From: Botryllus schlosseri
Taxonomy: Eukaryota
Assembly (NCBI GenBank): GCA_051294905.1
Contig: CM119372.1
Span: 14,944,001-15,008,000 of the forward strand
Direction: 5' to 3'
Length of the DNA: 64,000 bases
A model generated the notes under the pieces. It saw only the letters and a list, made by a program, of their open reading frames with translations. It searched no databases and was not told the origin of the DNA. Each line of letters starts with the position of its first letter. Position 1 is the first letter of the stretch. Below are positions 62,716 to 64,000 of this stretch, one piece after another. The translations under genes were made by a program, and so were the position numbers.

Positions 62716-63451
62716 CTGCAAAAGTGTATCAGAAGGACATCAGCGGGAATCAAGACTTTCATTACCGTTACCGCTGTAAAGTAGGCCTACTGAATAGGGC
62801 GATTTTTTTGACATGTAAAAATGCGTCAAAAATTTCTCAAAATTGAAGCGTTAGGTCAAAAAAATGTCAAAATTATTTTGGCCCCTGCATTTCGTTTGTG
62901 TCGTAGATTTTACACTGTCGCTGAGCTTATCACTTGATATTTACAGCTTGTAGCCAACTTTATGGGCCCACCGTTGTAGACGGCCCATCGTCTGTTCATT
63001 GTGAATCATAAACGGGCAAATCAAACAAATAGGTTGACATGGTGTTATGGTCAACGTACCGCAATATCCTAACTGAATCAAGAATGCTTGGGCATTGCAT
63101 GGTTCTTATATCAAGAAGAGCATGATGAAAAACTGTGATGTAGACAACATTGTCAGAATGAAGCAACAAGGTCTGTCACCAGCAGTGTTCGCACAACTTT
63201 GGTGTTGTCAGCCAACAACTGCTGCTGTTGAACGTTCTTACTCTTTATTCTTGGCAAGCTACTTAGAGGACAGACACCTACCCGAGAATGTAGGAAAGTA
63301 TCTTTCTACCAAAATATGTGATGTAACTAGACTGGAATTCTTCATAGAGCCAGATTTCGTTAAAATAAAGTTTTTCATGTAAACATTTGTCAGTTTTTAA
63401 GTCAAAAACGATTTTTCAGGCCAAACTACTTCGTAAGGACAGACAGTCACA

Positions 63452-64000
63452 ATCATCATCATCATCATTGGTTTATTAGCAATTTTATCAGTTCAATACA
63501 CCACAAAAAAATGCGATACAATGAATAGACAGGAAGATGTCGAAGCGACTTGGATTTGTCAATGGAATCGGACACCCACCTTGGCCTAGGCGTAGTAAAG
63601 AGGAGGTATGCACACTGAATGAAAGTAAAGAATACAGTATAGAAAAAGAAAGCGACAAGAAAGAAGCGACAAGAAATAGGGGCGGCATGTCATGGGAAGC
63701 GAGATCGATAGGTCAGTCGTGGTCCGGTAATCTTGAGGATGGACTGTATTTATTTAGTAGTAATTGCTTGTATTTCGACTTGAATGTGGACATGTTCGTC
63801 GACTGTCGGATGGCCGGCGGGATACTGTTCCACACATCAGGTCCGGCATATTTGATGGAGCGATGATCTTTTCGGTCGATCATATGATATTTGGACGACG
63901 TCATTGAAATATTCGGGGCAACGACCGCAGTGAAACTGATACATAAACTTGGCGATTTCTAGTTTCCGCATATCTTCTATGTTTAGGACGCCGAATCTCT
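63452..64000 (-). mobile_element. 3' end of a non-LTR retrotransposon (CR1/L2/Crack group), running off the window edge
   Basis: ORF2 C-terminus ...VLNIEDMRKLEIAKFMYQFH.../RSIKYAGPDVWNSIPPAIRQSTNMSTFKSKYKQLLL (with a frameshift), followed by a 3' UTR, AATAAA and a (TGA)n microsatellite tail at 63452-63478. Confidence 0.85.

Noticed and set aside
61960..62721. Stand-alone 253-aa single-exon gene
   Set aside because: The ORF begins inside an acceptor site and runs through a 62-nt intron; it is better explained as an exon of the longer - strand gene.

Overview
Eukaryotic, intron-rich, AT-rich genomic DNA from an invertebrate animal. Many 57-72 nt introns and a Meta-type tRNA SINE fit a tunicate or other marine invertebrate, but this is inference only. 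Two genes are recognisable on the + strand: a 27-exon ataxin-2 family gene (LSm, LsmAD and PAM2 motifs; about 1,360 aa; 1780 or 4686 to 24913) and a DNTTIP1/TdIF1 homologue (about 450 aa; 32052-43631). There is also a small unrecognised + strand candidate gene (47044-47906) whose stop codon is split by an intron, and a multi-exon unrecognised - strand gene (62715 to about 56250) with a Lys/Glu-rich N-terminal exon. Introns and intergenic DNA carry many nested non-autonomous DNA transposons (hAT-type with 8-bp TSDs, piggyBac-type with TTAA), a roughly 580-bp foldback palindrome just upstream of DNTTIP1, tRNA-derived SINEs, the 3' end of a LINE, and Penelope-like retroelement fragments. The most interesting signal is a set of minimal type I hammerhead ribozymes in the Penelope repeats. 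One form has a compensatory U3-A8 core and a loop-II pseudoknot and occurs on both arms of a 322-bp inverted repeat. All models were read by eye and are unverified by alignment or RNA data.
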